This document shows positions 29,300 to 42,365 of a stretch of 64,000 nucleotides of DNA, piece after piece. The notes under the pieces are model-generated. The model saw only the letters and a list, made by a program, of their open reading frames with translations, searched no databases and was not told where the DNA came from. Origin of the DNA: Eledone cirrhosa (taxonomy: Eukaryota). The DNA is taken from positions 98,208,001 to 98,272,000 of the forward strand of contig OZ024741.1 in assembly GCA_964016885.1 (NCBI GenBank), given 5' to 3'. The position numbers and the translations under genes are program-made. Each line of letters begins with the position of its first letter. Position 1 is the stretch's first letter.

Positions 29300-30660
29300 C
29301 CCAAAGTTCTTCCTGAAGACCTATACTCAAATGCATTCCGGTCGAGACAATCAGGGATTCTGATCTGGTATTTCTAGAGCTATATTATTCTATGTATCCA
29401 TTTTTGAAAGTGTGGATTTATGTGGTGAAAACTGACGCTGGTGTTATTGTTTGGCCCGAACTCAACACTGAGCGAGCAAGTCTAGCCTCAAATGTGATCG
29501 ATCCATGACATTCCGTCTTCTTTTACTTTTTGCAGGTTTAGTGATGTTGACGGTTTAGAGTGGTGCAATTGATTAGTAGGCATATGAGCGTGTATATATT
29601 CATCTCTTGTCTTAACTAGAAACGTAAACATCAATTTAACAGCTGTCCCATATCCAGACAGACGCTGGTTTCCATAATATTTTAAAGGCACTTAACATCA
29701 TGATTTTGGAATATCTTTGGGTTTCTTATTCGTTGCTGGATTTAGAAGTGATTATGTGTTATATGGACTATTAATGAGAAAGAAAATTTCGCATGCGGTA
29801 TTGATACTTTGAGGTTTAGCCGTAGAACTAAACGAAATGATGTCAGCTCCCAGTCTTCTCTTGATTGTTCATCAATAGGATAAAAGTGCTAATGTCGTCA
29901 TTTATAGGTTTCATGGCGTAAAATATAAGATTAGGAGTGACTGACAAATCCAAATCTGGCACGAAACTTTATGTTGCATATCGGTCAAACATAGTCGTTG
30001 TTTCGTGCTAAAGTACTGGCGGCTCTTGACCTTCGTGGGTCAGCTTATGATTAGCTTGCTCATCAGCATGGTTCTGCTATGGCAGATGATTAATTCTATA
30101 GATTTTCAGGAAGTGATTGACCTTTCTTTTTTTATATATTTTTATAGAGAGTTTACGCTGCTTCAGTACGAACGTTTCGGGCGTGATTCGAAATCCATTC
30201 TAACTAACTACCAGGTCATTAAAACGTGGCTGCTGGGCAACATCATAGATGATTTTTTAAATAGATTCCTGTATAATGGGAGAAGTATTCTGTGGAATAT
30301 TATCCACAGGAAGGTATGTAGTGACAATGAAACGTTGGCATTTCATTTGAAACTAATAGAGATTTAATGACCTTCAATGGTTTTAGTTACCTAAATGAAT
30401 GACTGGTTGTATAAAGAATGATCTGGTGTTTGCAGAGCTTCAATTCTAATTATAATTTTCTGATGCCGAGTTAACACTGAACACAGCAATATTGTTTGAA
30501 ACATCGTAAAATGTAGCAACAGAAGATTATAACATCCGATGATAGAACCTGGTCTTTTAACAAAATTTTTATCGAATTTTCAATATTGATTTATATCAAC
30601 GTAAAATCTAAGATTAACAATGCCTTATGGGTTTTTAGAGGACACAGTATCATTGTGATT
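29300..30660 (-). pseudogene. Possible decayed L1/Tx1-type LINE ORF2 remnant
   Basis: Eroded fragments resembling GYWKLN and SPGxDG..E.Y (RIPDCLDRNAFEY); many stops. Confidence 0.3.
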
Positions 30661-30704
30661 CCATATCTTCTGTTCATTTCTATTTCTAGAAGTTAGAATA
30701 TATT

Positions 30705-31167
30705 TGTAGTGACTGAGATGGTCGCTTAGCAACTAGCAGTTGCCTCCCCTTAACAACTCTTCAGAGAGCGGAGGCAATATATATCCGGTCACAGACGCGG
30801 GTTGGCTCACTCTCTTTGGACCGCGGCCATGAACAGACGTGAAAGGATTCGCTCCTAAAAATATTAACCATGCTGGCTTCGTGAGGGACTATGTGAAAAT
30901 GCTCTCCTTCGGATCAAGGACGCCACGATATCTCGACTAATATGCATTCGCTTATTCCTTCGTTATTCCTGCACCGGAGAATATAATTACACTACTTCTA
31001 TTAACCCACAAGGTATTGTTTGAATTGACATTGTACATAATTTATTAAATGTTGCATTTAATAAAGGATCGTTGATTTTTTACTGTTCATCCCCCTTCTG
31101 GAGTCATTTATTTCTACAAAGAAAAACGATGTATTGTCCATTCATCCACAATCATTCGTTTCCTTTA
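30705..31167 (+). repeat. 5' LTR
   Basis: TGTAGTGACTGAG...TTTCCTTTA, with AATAAA inside. Confidence 0.92.
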
Positions 31168-31168
31168 T

Positions 31169-31187
31169 TGGTGACCACGACGTGATT
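31169..31187 (+). other. Primer-binding site (tRNA-Trp)
   Basis: TGGTGACCACGACGTGATT, complementary with one mismatch to the metazoan tRNA-Trp 3' end. Confidence 0.8.
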
Positions 31188-31236
31188 CCAATACGCGGAT
31201 ACTAAAAAAAAAAAATGTTTTCTTTGGGGGTTGAAC

Positions 31237-31267
<31 letters not shown>

Positions 31268-31649
31268 ACTCTTAAATGCAAGCCTTCTACACTGTGGAAA
31301 TTTTTTCTTTCCTGATTTTCACCGTCATTTCCTCATGAAAATGTTTTAAATGGCCGACATTTTCCCGCCATTCTGCGTGTCTTTTTCCTTTCTTCATTCT
31401 GCGTGTCTTCTTCCTTTCCCGCGCACAGTGTATATTCTTCAATCCCACCAATCTGATTGGCTGCATCGTGCCACGTGACGGCGTCTTCACCAAAAGCATT
31501 TTTTTTCTCAACCGGCCATCTTGGATTCTTCTACTGATTTCAATTGAATTCACGTGAACTGATTTCGGAATTCCAGTATAACCTTTTGGTCGTATAGCTG
31601 CTTCAAAGACATAATTCGTCCTTAAAAATTCTTCAAACCTTCGGCAATC

Positions 31650-32579
31650 ATGAATCCACATAATTTGCCGACCTTTGCAGGCGACATCAAATTATTGTTT
31701 TCGCAGCTCGAGTGCTATTTCGATTTGACCCACACCGAAAAACAGCATAAATTGAAGGTGCTTATTAACGGCCTGCCTGTTTCTTTGGCATATTCCGTAA
31801 AGGATGTTATAACGAATTTAGCTGAAGATGTAACCTATGGCTCATTAAAACTAGAAATTCTTCGTAGGAATACTAGGTCTGTGGAGAGCCGTTTTCGGGA
31901 ATTATTGGAGGATGCACAGAAGGGTAACAGAACGCCAACCTCCTATTTGCGACATCTACGTGAGCTGAGCGACTCCCAAGGAATTGATACATTCTTCATT
32001 AAACAGCTATTTTTTTCCCGTTTACCGCCAAGTGCGCAAATGGTCTTGGTCAATAATTTGGAGAGGGAGTCGTTAGATCAACTTGCCGCCTCCGCGGATA
32101 AAATACTAGAGGTGGACTCTAACAGCAGTCGGCATAATCCTTGTATGGCTTCTTCTTCTGTTCCTCCACGCAATTCTTCTGTGGTCGACAGCAAACTGTT
32201 GGAAATGATCGAAGCGCTCACCAAAAAAGTGGAGGATTTGACCGTACAACATAGAGATCCTTCTCAACGTTTAAGGTACCGTTCGCCTCCGTCTGCTATT
32301 CCTCGAAACCGCTACGAGTACCGTTCGCCACCGTCTTCTGTGCCTCGCCAACACTACACTTCAGGCAGCAGTAATTCTTCTATTTGTTGGTTAAATGTTA
32401 ACTTTGGCAGTCGGGCGCAGCGCTGTCGGGCGCCTTGTAACTATAGGAGTTCGGAAAACGCAAAGCAGAGCCACGAGGGGCGGCTAGTGAACTCCTGGGA
32501 AAATCGACCGAACCGCCATCTTTTCGTATACGACCTGCGGTCGAAAAACTTTTCCTTGTCGATACTGGCGCGTCGCTGA
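31650..32579 (+). CDS. gag: Gypsy Gag, 309-aa ORF
   Basis: LPTF..DIKLLFSQLECYF, GNRTPTSYLRHLREL, LFFSRLP and degenerate knuckle CWLNVNFGSRAQRCRAPC. Confidence 0.8.
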   Translation: MNPHNLPTFAGDIKLLFSQLECYFDLTHTEKQHKLKVLINGLPVSLAYSVKDVITNLAEDVTYGSLKLEILRRNTRSVESRFRELLEDAQKGNRTPTSYLRHLRELSDSQGIDTFFIKQLFFSRLPPSAQMVLVNNLERESLDQLAASADKILEVDSNSSRHNPCMASSSVPPRNSSVVDSKLLEMIEALTKKVEDLTVQHRDPSQRLRYRSPPSAIPRNRYEYRSPPSSVPRQHYTSGSSNSSICWLNVNFGSRAQRCRAPCNYRSSENAKQSHEGRLVNSWENRPNRHLFVYDLRSKNFSLSILARR

Positions 32580-33082
32580 GTATTTGGCCAGTCAGTTATC
32601 TCAAAAAAAACCCATCTGAATCAAATATCAATTTACGAGCAGTCAACCACACGGCCATTCGAACGTATGGGCAAATTTCGCTTCCTCTTCGGTTTAAAAA
32701 TTTGCGTCGTGAATTGAAGTGGAAGTTTACTATCGCCGACTTGCCATATGCCATTTTGGGAGCGGATTTCCTCCACCATTTTCCCTTGTCGATTGACATC
32801 CGCAGACAACGACTTTTTTATGCTAATACAGGCCTATCGTTCGAGGGTACACAGCCGGAGATCGCCACAGTAAGCCCTACTTTTTTCTTGGCTGAAGTGG
32901 GCAACCAGTATCACAGTTTGTTAAAATCATTCCCACAGCTGACGCAAGGAAGATTACGAATTGCTAGTCCGGATCATGTGATTGATCATTTTATATCCAG
33001 TACAGGTCCACCTGTTTTCTCACGTCCTCGAAGATTATCTGCAGAGAAGTTGAAAGCTGCACGTCTTGAATTCGACCACATG
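32510..33082 (+). pseudogene. pol: Gypsy protease and truncated RT N-terminus
   Basis: FLVDTGAS in a shifted frame, AILGADFL, GPPVFSRPRRLSAEKLKAARLEFDHM, then truncated. Confidence 0.85.
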
Positions 33083-33161
33083 ATCCGGACTAGCAATCCG
33101 TAATCTTCCTTGCGTCAGCTGTGGGAATGATTTTAACAAACTGTGATACTGGTTGCCCACT

Positions 33162-33303
33162 AAATAACGACGCGGGACTCTGTCGAGGCCCCGCGGTCGG
33201 AATGAGTACACTTCAAATCCGTTAACGAGGATCGACCGGAGGGCAAGTCTGGTGCCAGTAGCCGCGGTAATTCCAGCTCCGGTAGCGTATATTAAAATTG
33301 TTG
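33162..33303 (+). rRNA. 18S rRNA fragment of about 140 bp captured inside the LTR element (not a functional gene)
   Basis: GGAATGAGTACACTT..AACGAGGATC..GGAGGGCAAGTCTGGTGCCAGTAGCCGCGGTAATTCCAGCTCC..TAGCGTATATTAAA matches the universal eukaryotic SSU 530-loop region. Confidence 0.93.
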
Positions 33304-33392
33304 ATACATGCTTCCACATTTTGTAAACGACCTTGTGGGTCCTTCGCTTCATCGTTAACGATTTTTCGACAAAAAATCTGCTCCGAGACGAA

Positions 33393-33855
33393 TGTAGTGA
33401 CTGAGATGGTCGCTTAGCAACTAGCAGTTGCCTCCCCTTAACAACTCTTCAGAGAGCGGAGGCAATATACATCCGGTCACAGTCGCGGGTTGGCTCACTC
33501 TCTTTGGACCGCGGACATGAACAGACGTGAAATGATTCGCTTCTAAAAATATTAACCATGCTGGCTTCGTGAGGGACTATGTGAAAATGCCCTCCTTCGG
33601 ATCAAGGACGCCACGATATCTCGACTAATATGCATTAGCTTATTCCTTCGTTATTCCTGCACCGGAGAATATAATTAAACTACTTCTATTAACCCACAAG
33701 GTATTGTTTGAATTGACATTGTACATAATTTATTAAATGTTGCATTTAATAAATGATCGTTGATTTTTTACTGTTCACCCCCCTTCTGGAGTCATTTATT
33801 TCTACAAAGAGAAACGATGTATTGTCCATTCATCCACAATCATTCGTTTCCTTTA
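33393..33855 (+). repeat. 3' LTR
   Basis: Copy of 30705-31167 with a few substitutions. Confidence 0.92.
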
Positions 33856-35191
33856 TATTCATTCATTCTGATCATTTGTCGATAGACATGAACGCTAAAT
33901 AAAGGAAAAATAGATTTCATTGAAGTTTATGACTATACAGAAGTCGCTGAATATTTGGTTTCTTCTGATCTTTGACACGTGCAAACTCTGGGTTCTGGAC
34001 CATTTACTTATAAGTGTGTGAGCATTTACTTACACACACAACACACAACAGACAGGGAGGCATCGCAACAATTTTGTCATACTGTTTCCCTTCCTCGAGC
34101 GGATGAATAATTTGGTAACACAAGACCGGGAGTTACGATTCAAGAAGCTGTTCATTCAATTTTTCTCTTTCTGTTTTTAAACAAAATACATTATTTCCAT
34201 GTATACATTTTATGTGGAATAATCCTTTCATGCATTACAATCCTTACCATTTGTTGACACACATAATCAGTGTATTTTCCTTTCTAAACATGTGTTGTCT
34301 TCTCAAACATGCTAACTGAATATGCTTCGCTGAACAGATGTATTAAAATCAAAAATTGTCATTTGCTTTCACCAAATTGGCTTATAAATAAGGTTCACTA
34401 CTACTGTATAGTTTTAAAATATCCAAGACACCTTGGATCAGCGAAAGCTACACGAGCTCTCTTCCATGTTTACTTTGCGGCGTCTGCCCCCTCCTCCATG
34501 AGAATTTAAGTCATGACATTACGAAGATAGTTTCTCTGATTGAAAGGATTATTTTTTCCACATGGCATATTCTGACAGCGGGATTCTGCTTGTATATATA
34601 TATATATATGTGTGTGTGTGTATATATATATATATATCAAACACACATTTTCACGCGAACACACACACGTTGACGTGTACGCATACACACACACACAGGT
34701 GCATGCTCACATCCACGCACGCACGCACGCGCCCGCAAACAAACAAACAAATATAAACATAGATGTAAAAACGAATGAAAAGAGCACCGATTACTTATCG
34801 TGAAGGCTAAATGTTTTCATAATTTGATTGAGATTTGCATTACGCAATTCAAAGAAGCAAACACGCACGTTTTGGATTCCCACGAGCAGCTCTGTCTGCT
34901 TTAATCATTCTCTTGAAGTATATATATGCCCAACATTTTCAATCATTTAAATATTTAAACCAAACTAACATATTTTGAAAATTGAAATTTGTTCAACCTT
35001 TCGTGAAACTTTTTTATTTAGGGAATTTATCATTGTTGGTTTGAAACTCTGGCATATCGCATATATTAGTTCAATTGCTTGAATCGATTCTCTGCACTTG
35101 TTTTATCTCTCTAGGTGTTTACGTCCCCACATTGTTCGACTATTAAATAGTCAATCCTGCATTATATCAATTTACAATATACTAAAACTCA

Positions 35192-35330
<139 letters not shown>

Positions 35331-35542
35331 CCGTGCGTATATAAGGAATAGGGATAATATTCAACCACTCTCAGACTCGAATCAACATGTTAAAACATAT
35401 CTGAGGAGCTTCCGAATCCAGAGTCAGGTTAGATCATTAATAGATCGTTCCTCGAGCTAATTGACAGTGAAATATATGTAATATGTGATTAAATATTTAT
35501 ATGATGCAGCACTGATTCCTTGTTCAATTATATATATTAATG

Positions 35543-35719
35543 GCCGTATTGGTAGAGGGTCGGACGCCATGCTTTGACGCATAGAGTTACGGCCCTTGGC
35601 ATTCTGAGTTCAAATCCCGCCGAGGTTAACTTTGCCTTTCATCCTTACGGGGTCGATAAAATAAAGTACCAGTAATACACTGGAAAATTGTTGGCCTTGT
35701 GCCTAACGTAGAAACAATT
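35543..35719 (+). mobile_element. tRNA-derived SINE S1
   Basis: B box plus core. Confidence 0.85.
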
Positions 35720-35747
35720 ATATATATTAATACTATATATATATATT

Positions 35748-35780
<33 letters not shown>

Positions 35781-36488
35781 TTGTGTGTGTGTGTGCGCGC
35801 GTGTGTGTGTGCGTGTGTGTGTATAAGCAGCAGGCAATGTAAACAGACATACCTCGCTGCTCTCGCTAACAAAATGTCAGTTAATAGGTTAGAAACATCT
35901 ATATAAGGAAGCTATTTGTACAGGTTCAAATATTCTTATATATTATATCGAGACATTTAATGAACCACAGTATTTGACTAGTATATCATATATCGACTCA
36001 AGAGGCATATAACAAAAAATCAGCCCTAGAATTATACCATCTGTAAATGGAAGTAATATATTAATATAAATAAATAAGTTATAGTTTACTTATACAGAAT
36101 GCAGATTTGCTTTCTAATGTAGGCATGAAAACGAATAATGAGTGAAATATAGAATTGATTTTGTTAAAGTCAACATTTGTTCATCATTTATTTATCGATC
36201 CAAGGGAGTTAAAAGACAAGGTGGACTTCGAGCGTGATTCAGTTTAGAAATAACGGAAAAGAACTTAAAAAACACAAGACAGCTTAGATAAGATATAATT
36301 GTTATTACACATTTTACCTCTCAACAAAGAATACACCATGTTTGAGATAAGATAAGGTGGAATAAAACACTATATATACATGCGTATATATATATATATA
36401 TATATATATATAACGATAGAGAGAGAAATGTGCATATGTATGCATATAGGAAACTACACTAAAAAATGTATGCACACACAAATAAATG

Positions 36489-36533
<45 letters not shown>

Positions 36534-36895
36534 TATATAACTCTACTCATATATAAGGCATAAAAAAGTATTATGTTCTATGTAATACACCGTTAGAGAT
36601 GAGGGAAGTGGTATGTTATTGAAGAAAACAAATGTAAACTGTTATTGCAATTGTGAGATGCGGTTTCTGATGAAGCAGCCTGATAGTGGTGGGGATGGCA
36701 TCAGGCAGAAACCTTAGTGATAATTGGAACTGAACTGAGTAAGTTAGCAGATGTGAAACTAAGGAAATGGTACGTTTGCGACACCAGACCATTATCAGGT
36801 ACGAAGCCCTAGGTAAAAATAAAAAATAAAAAAATCATACGAGTGTCATTCACTCATTTTACACACATAAATCTCCCCTCCACGCACACATATAC

Positions 36896-36987
<92 letters not shown>

Positions 36988-37057
36988 TATATATATATGT
37001 ATATATATACAATTGTGTAGATGTGCATCGCTTTGTATGCTTTGTATGTTCGAATAC

Positions 37058-37569
<512 letters not shown>

Positions 37570-37689
37570 CGTTTCTGAATTTGTTTAGCAAGATTCTTTA
37601 TCTGAAATAGTGTGTTGAAACCGATATTGTTATACTTTGGGAGGGTCATGTTGCCAATAAGACACACACGCACCAGTTGCTTTCACTTC

Positions 37690-38182
37690 AATTTATTATA
37701 TATTTATAAATTTATAAATTTATAAATTTCTGGTTGGTTGGTTGGTTCCACAACCAGATAGTTGTTTATATATAGTCATAGTTCTTTCGTCACACACTCT
37801 GTGACCTCTTCAGTGACTGGGGATTCCTTTCTTTGTATCTGTGCCTGTCCTTTGTTCTGTCCTACGCCATTTTGTTTCTGTGTGTGTGTTGTGTGCTCAG
37901 TCTGCGCATGCGCCACATCCGGGTGTCTGTGTGTGTTTATGTTCATTTATTTATTTGTTTATTTACATGTTACTGGTTGGTTGTTTGTTCTATGTGTGTG
38001 TGTGTTTTCATTTTGTCCTTAATTGTAAGTTGTGATGTTGCTGTTCCACTCATATTTTCTATTTAATTTTGGTTGTAATTCTTTTATGTTTATTGCCTCT
38101 GTAATTTGTCTAAACATTGCGTCTTTTCTGTGTGTAGATTCTATTTTTATTTCTATGTTCTCTAATTTACCCTTGTGTTCTA
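37690..38182 (-). mobile_element. Penelope-like element 3' fragment (GIY-YIG C-terminus, 3' UTR and HHR)
   Basis: DAMFRQITEAINIKELQPKLNRKYEW parallels DPADRQIREASEIELRRPRLNRKNEW of the element at 57074. Confidence 0.8.
37774..37818 (-). ncRNA. Minimal type-I hammerhead ribozyme, intact core
   Basis: AGTCA-CTGAAGA-G GTCACA GAGTG TGTGAC-GAAA-GAACTA^-TGACT. Confidence 0.85.
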
Positions 38183-38420
38183 TAAAAAGTGAAATATCCA
38201 AATCTTATGTGCTTATCAACAGGAATCCAGTAAAATTAGTACATTCCACCTTCAAACATTTTGAAGGTCTGATTACACGTGGTGTAGCCAGCTATACTAG
38301 CCATCCCGTATTCCCGTACACCACGTGTAATCAGACCTGCAAAATGTTTGAAGGTGGAATGTACTAATTTTACTGGATTCCTGTTAATAAGCACAGAAGA
38401 TTTGGATATTTCACTTTTTA
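38183..38420. repeat. 104-bp inverted repeat with a 30-nt loop
   Basis: 38183-38286 versus 38317-38420, about 3 mismatches. Confidence 0.93.
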
Positions 38421-38810
38421 TTTCAATTTCATTTCGATTCTCTTTATTTTTCAATTCATGTACCATCGTTGCGAAACATATTTGGGTTTTGAAGTTCAAA
38501 TTCATCTACGGAGCGAGTTTGGATTTTGAAATTTAAATTTGTCCAGGAATCACGGCTTTTGCCAATATAAGCTTGTCTTTATTGACTTATATCGAGACAG
38601 ACAAATTGTATTCACTTTAATTAGTTTATTTCATGCTAGCTAACTTTGTCTGTTACAATACAAACACGTTTGCGTTTATCATATATATTAATATATAACT
38701 TATATTTCACTGCTCAGAAATGCCTCTTTCTTTGAGCTGATTAATTGTAAACGACTATTAGTTTAATCTCTAAATATAATATAGTATTGTATATATACAT
38801 GTATATATAT

Positions 38811-38860
38811 ATAAATGGAAAACTGAAACGAAATTTCATTTCTCACTCTTAGTACGGCTG
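38811..38860 (-). repeat. Solo terminal fragment of the 468-bp array family
   Basis: AAACGAAATTTCATTTCTCACTCTTAGTA is shared with the start of each array unit and sits next to a TA run. Confidence 0.75.
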
Positions 38861-38887
38861 TTATATATACATACATATATATACATA

Positions 38888-38958
<71 letters not shown>

Positions 38959-39065
38959 CTTTAATCTTTTACCTGTTCCAACAGACAGAGAGAGGACATA
39001 CTGTGGCATCACCATCGCCGCTAAACTTTGTCCACTCCACACCCATATATATATATATATATATA

Positions 39066-39749
39066 TATATGAATAAAGTTGGTCTTTCATCAGTGATCTT
39101 CCAACCATCCTTAGTATTATTTCGCTTTAAAGACCATATACCTCCGGTTGGTGTGAGCAACGGCTAAAGAAAGTCGTTGGGACACGTAAATAAAGGGAAC
39201 AGCGAGAATGTAAACAAACAAAGATGGTGAAGCAACGAAAAGTGAGGAAGAACGAGTCAAGTCCCAAATTTCCATGAATATAAGTTGGGTGAAATCGTGA
39301 ACGAGAGAGAATAAAGACCATCAAACCTGGTTGAAATGTGAGCAAAGAAGGAATTCCGCACAGGTCAAACGGGAGGAAGAAGGAGTCTAGTCCGTGAAAT
39401 CGGTGAACATAAGTTCTGTGAAATCGTAGACGAGAGAGAGAAAAAAGGGGAACCGGCCTGGCCAAGCGTGCGAAAGAAATGAATTACACACAGGTCAAAC
39501 GGGAAGAAGGAGGAGGAGGAGAGGTAGTAACAGAGAGTGAGTGAGTGAAGGGTGAGGAAGAGACTAACAGAGAGAGTGTCTGTTAGAGAGGGTAAAGATA
39601 CAGAGAACGAGGAAGCAGTAAGAACGAAATAGACGGGTCACAGAGAGGGAAAATATATGTGTAAATATGAGAATAAACGTGCTGCGTGGTTGCAAATGGG
39701 TTACATATGAATAAAGTTGGTCTTTCATCAGTGATCTTCCAACCATCCT
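39066..39749. repeat. Element bounded by about 45-bp direct repeats, with an internal imperfect duplication of about 120-130 bp
   Basis: ATATGAATAAAGTTGGTCTTTCATCAGTGATCTTCCAACCATCCT at about 39067 and 39705; CACAGGTCAAACGGGA at 39359 and 39489. Confidence 0.8.
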
Positions 39750-40492
39750 CGGTATATATATATATCTGGTGTTTGTGAAGTGGATATATATATATATATA
39801 TATCCACTTCACAAACACCAGACCATAAATCTGGTCCGCATATTTCTGTTCGTTTAACCCATACACTGATATTTATATATATATACATGTGTATGTGGTG
39901 AGCTGATGTGCGGAGATGCTTATAAAGCGGATATATGTACAGGTATATATAAATATATATTTGTGTGTGAGTGCGAAGAGGGAGAGAGATATACATAGAT
40001 AAAGAGAGAGGAATGAGAGAGAGGAGAGAGGCGTTTGCATGCATATGTTTCTCTATCCAGACACGTATACGTATCTATAAGCATGGAAAATGTAGGTAAT
40101 ATATTTATGAGTCCGTGATTATGAACGTATGTATGTAATGATGGGTGTGTTTTTCTCTGCACGGATAGCGACGAAAATATGTAATATTCTATTAAGCTTT
40201 ACTAGCAACATCAAGATACCTTTTCTCTCAGCGATAGCCTGGCTGTGTACATACATGTATAGGGGTGTTCACTACGTGTATTGTTCTCTTACTCTTCATG
40301 CCTTTGTTTATTAGCGTGTATTTGTGTATGTTGGTGTATATGCATGCATGTCCTTGTATAACAATTGTCATAATTTTTCTACCAAAACTAATCTGTCGGA
40401 CATTTGTTTGTGTAAAGCGTACAATTTAAGTTAGATAAAGAAATGTCTACAATTGAAAGAAAAAATGAATCTAATAAGATTAATACTAATGA

Positions 40493-40549
<57 letters not shown>

Positions 40550-40565
40550 CAGCAGAAGGTGCAGC

Positions 40566-40616
<51 letters not shown>
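40493..40616. repeat. (AGT)n microsatellite
   Basis: Seen directly. Confidence 0.95.
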
Positions 40617-40792
40617 TGTCTTCGTGAATTAATCTATTCGGAGATTTAGTGATTTATTAAAAGGTAAACTCGAAAACGGCCCTTTGCTATTTTCGTGGTC
40701 CCTCTTGGAGATTAGTTTGCTTCAGGGCTTGAACAATATGCGGGACACCACGTTATTGAACGGCGTTTGGGTATTATATACACAATTCTGTG

Positions 40793-40978
40793 GTGGATTG
40801 GCATTATCGGTAGATGGTCGGGCGCCATGCTTTGACGCATAGAGTTACGGTCCTTGCCATTCTGAGTTCAAATCCCGCCGAGGTTAACTTTGCCTTTCAT
40901 CCTTACGGGGTGGATAAAATAAAGTACCAGTAATACACTAGGATAATTGCTGGCCTTGTGCTAAAAGTAGAAACAATT
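40793..40978 (+). mobile_element. tRNA-derived SINE S1
   Basis: B box plus core. Confidence 0.85.
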
Positions 40979-41464
40979 ATATATACAATTCTGGAGATTA
41001 TTCTTTTTAAAGTTCGATGTATTGAATGAAGAGTAGAAAATGTTCTGCCGAGTCAATCAATGAGACTACATTTGATTGCTTAGCAAGTATTGGCTAAATA
41101 ATTATAATAGTCAGCAAAGAATTTGCCCTATCCTTTAACATTATTAAAAAATACTTAATATTGTCCGATCGATTTCATCTGGTTGAGATGTTTTCGACTT
41201 CATAGACTAGTAGCCTATGTGTCTCCTTTTTTCTGGATAATTAGTAACATACATAAAAAAGAGTGACACTCTTCAGTCATGAATGTCCATGGGTTTTGCA
41301 ACTAGTAAGTTCACCTCTGAAATATAAACCCGGGTAAGGTGTTTTTGTGGAGGACCAGCAATTGCCCATCCATGCCAGTCTCCCATCTCCACGCATTGAC
41401 CGATCCATAATCTAACTCACAACCTCCTCCCTATCGTGAAACCAACTCTCTAAATGCTAAACCA

Positions 41465-41836
41465 CATACATACATACATACATACATACATACATACATA
41501 CATACATACATGGTGGCTGCCAACTCGTTTTCGAGTACGGCCACTACTTTACATCCATGTAGGATAACCCCTACCGAAGCGCTGAACGAGTGTGACTTTT
41601 TAGTCCAGCCAGCGACTTGAAACCTCTGGTACAAACACTACACCTGTGACAATTATTGACACATAGTGCTAGGCCCATGGTAGGACAATTATTGACACAT
41701 AGTGCTGGGCCCATGTGAGGACAAGTGCAGAGAGATCTCCAGATATAAAGCAATGCCTGTGCCGTGAAGCTTTTATAGTGAGCAAAGGCACTGCACAAAG
41801 CCAGTCCCACTCTCTTAACCAAGATGCTATTTACCA
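41465..41836 (-). mobile_element. 5'-truncated RTE-derived short element with (TATG)n tail
   Basis: Nearly identical to 43183-43495; C2H2 remnant CSVCTRGFKSLAGLKSHTR, as at RTE-type LINE C-termini. Confidence 0.65.
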
Positions 41837-41889
41837 TACATACATACATACAGACAGACAGACATACATACATACATACATACTATATA

Positions 41890-42365
41890 TCAAATATTAG
41901 CGAAAAGGAGAATAATTATGCAGAACTGATGAGAAATCTGATTATGCCTTCAGATTTATGCCTGTGATTATTGGGGCACTGGGATATGTTAGTAAATGCC
42001 TCAATACAAATCTTGAGAAGCTGGGCTTCACAGGAACAGAAAGAACACAACTAGTTAGGAAATTACAATTACAATCCATTAATGGAACAGTAAAAATATG
42101 TAAAACATTCCAAAAATGTTGCATCTAATAACTGCATATAAACATGTACAGATACTAAGCATATACACATGCATACATATAACTCAAAACATACACATCC
42201 ACACATACAATAACATCCATATCTACACATGCATGCATGCATGCAGACGTGCATACATATCTACCTAGTTGATGTTGTGTAAATTCCAATGAGAGAGTCT
42301 TGTGTCTATGTCAGAAACCGACTCTCACACTCTATTGGCAAAAATGTGTTAAATTATAAAACCAG
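41890..42365 (+). mobile_element. R4/Dong-like (RLE) non-LTR retrotransposon 3' fragment
   Basis: YAELMRNL..FRFMPVIIGALGYVSKCLNTNLEKLG..KLQLQSINGTVKICKTF; sits in (TACA)n. Confidence 0.6.

Larger units (their letters stand above)
30705..33855 (+). mobile_element. Ty3/Gypsy LTR retrotransposon, pol-deleted and chimeric
   Basis: Two 463-bp near-identical LTRs, TSD TATT (30701-30704 and 33856-33859), PBS, gag, protease and RT start. Confidence 0.93.

Noticed and set aside
33162-33303. Functional rRNA gene or contamination
   Set aside because: Only about 140 bp, embedded between LTRs with an intact TSD, and carries a substitution in the invariant GCCAGCAGCC motif
36663-36725. Hammerhead-like CTGATGA...GAAA
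   Set aside because: No stem I or valid NUH triplet could be formed; an alternative GGTTTCTG/CAGAAACC hairpin dominates
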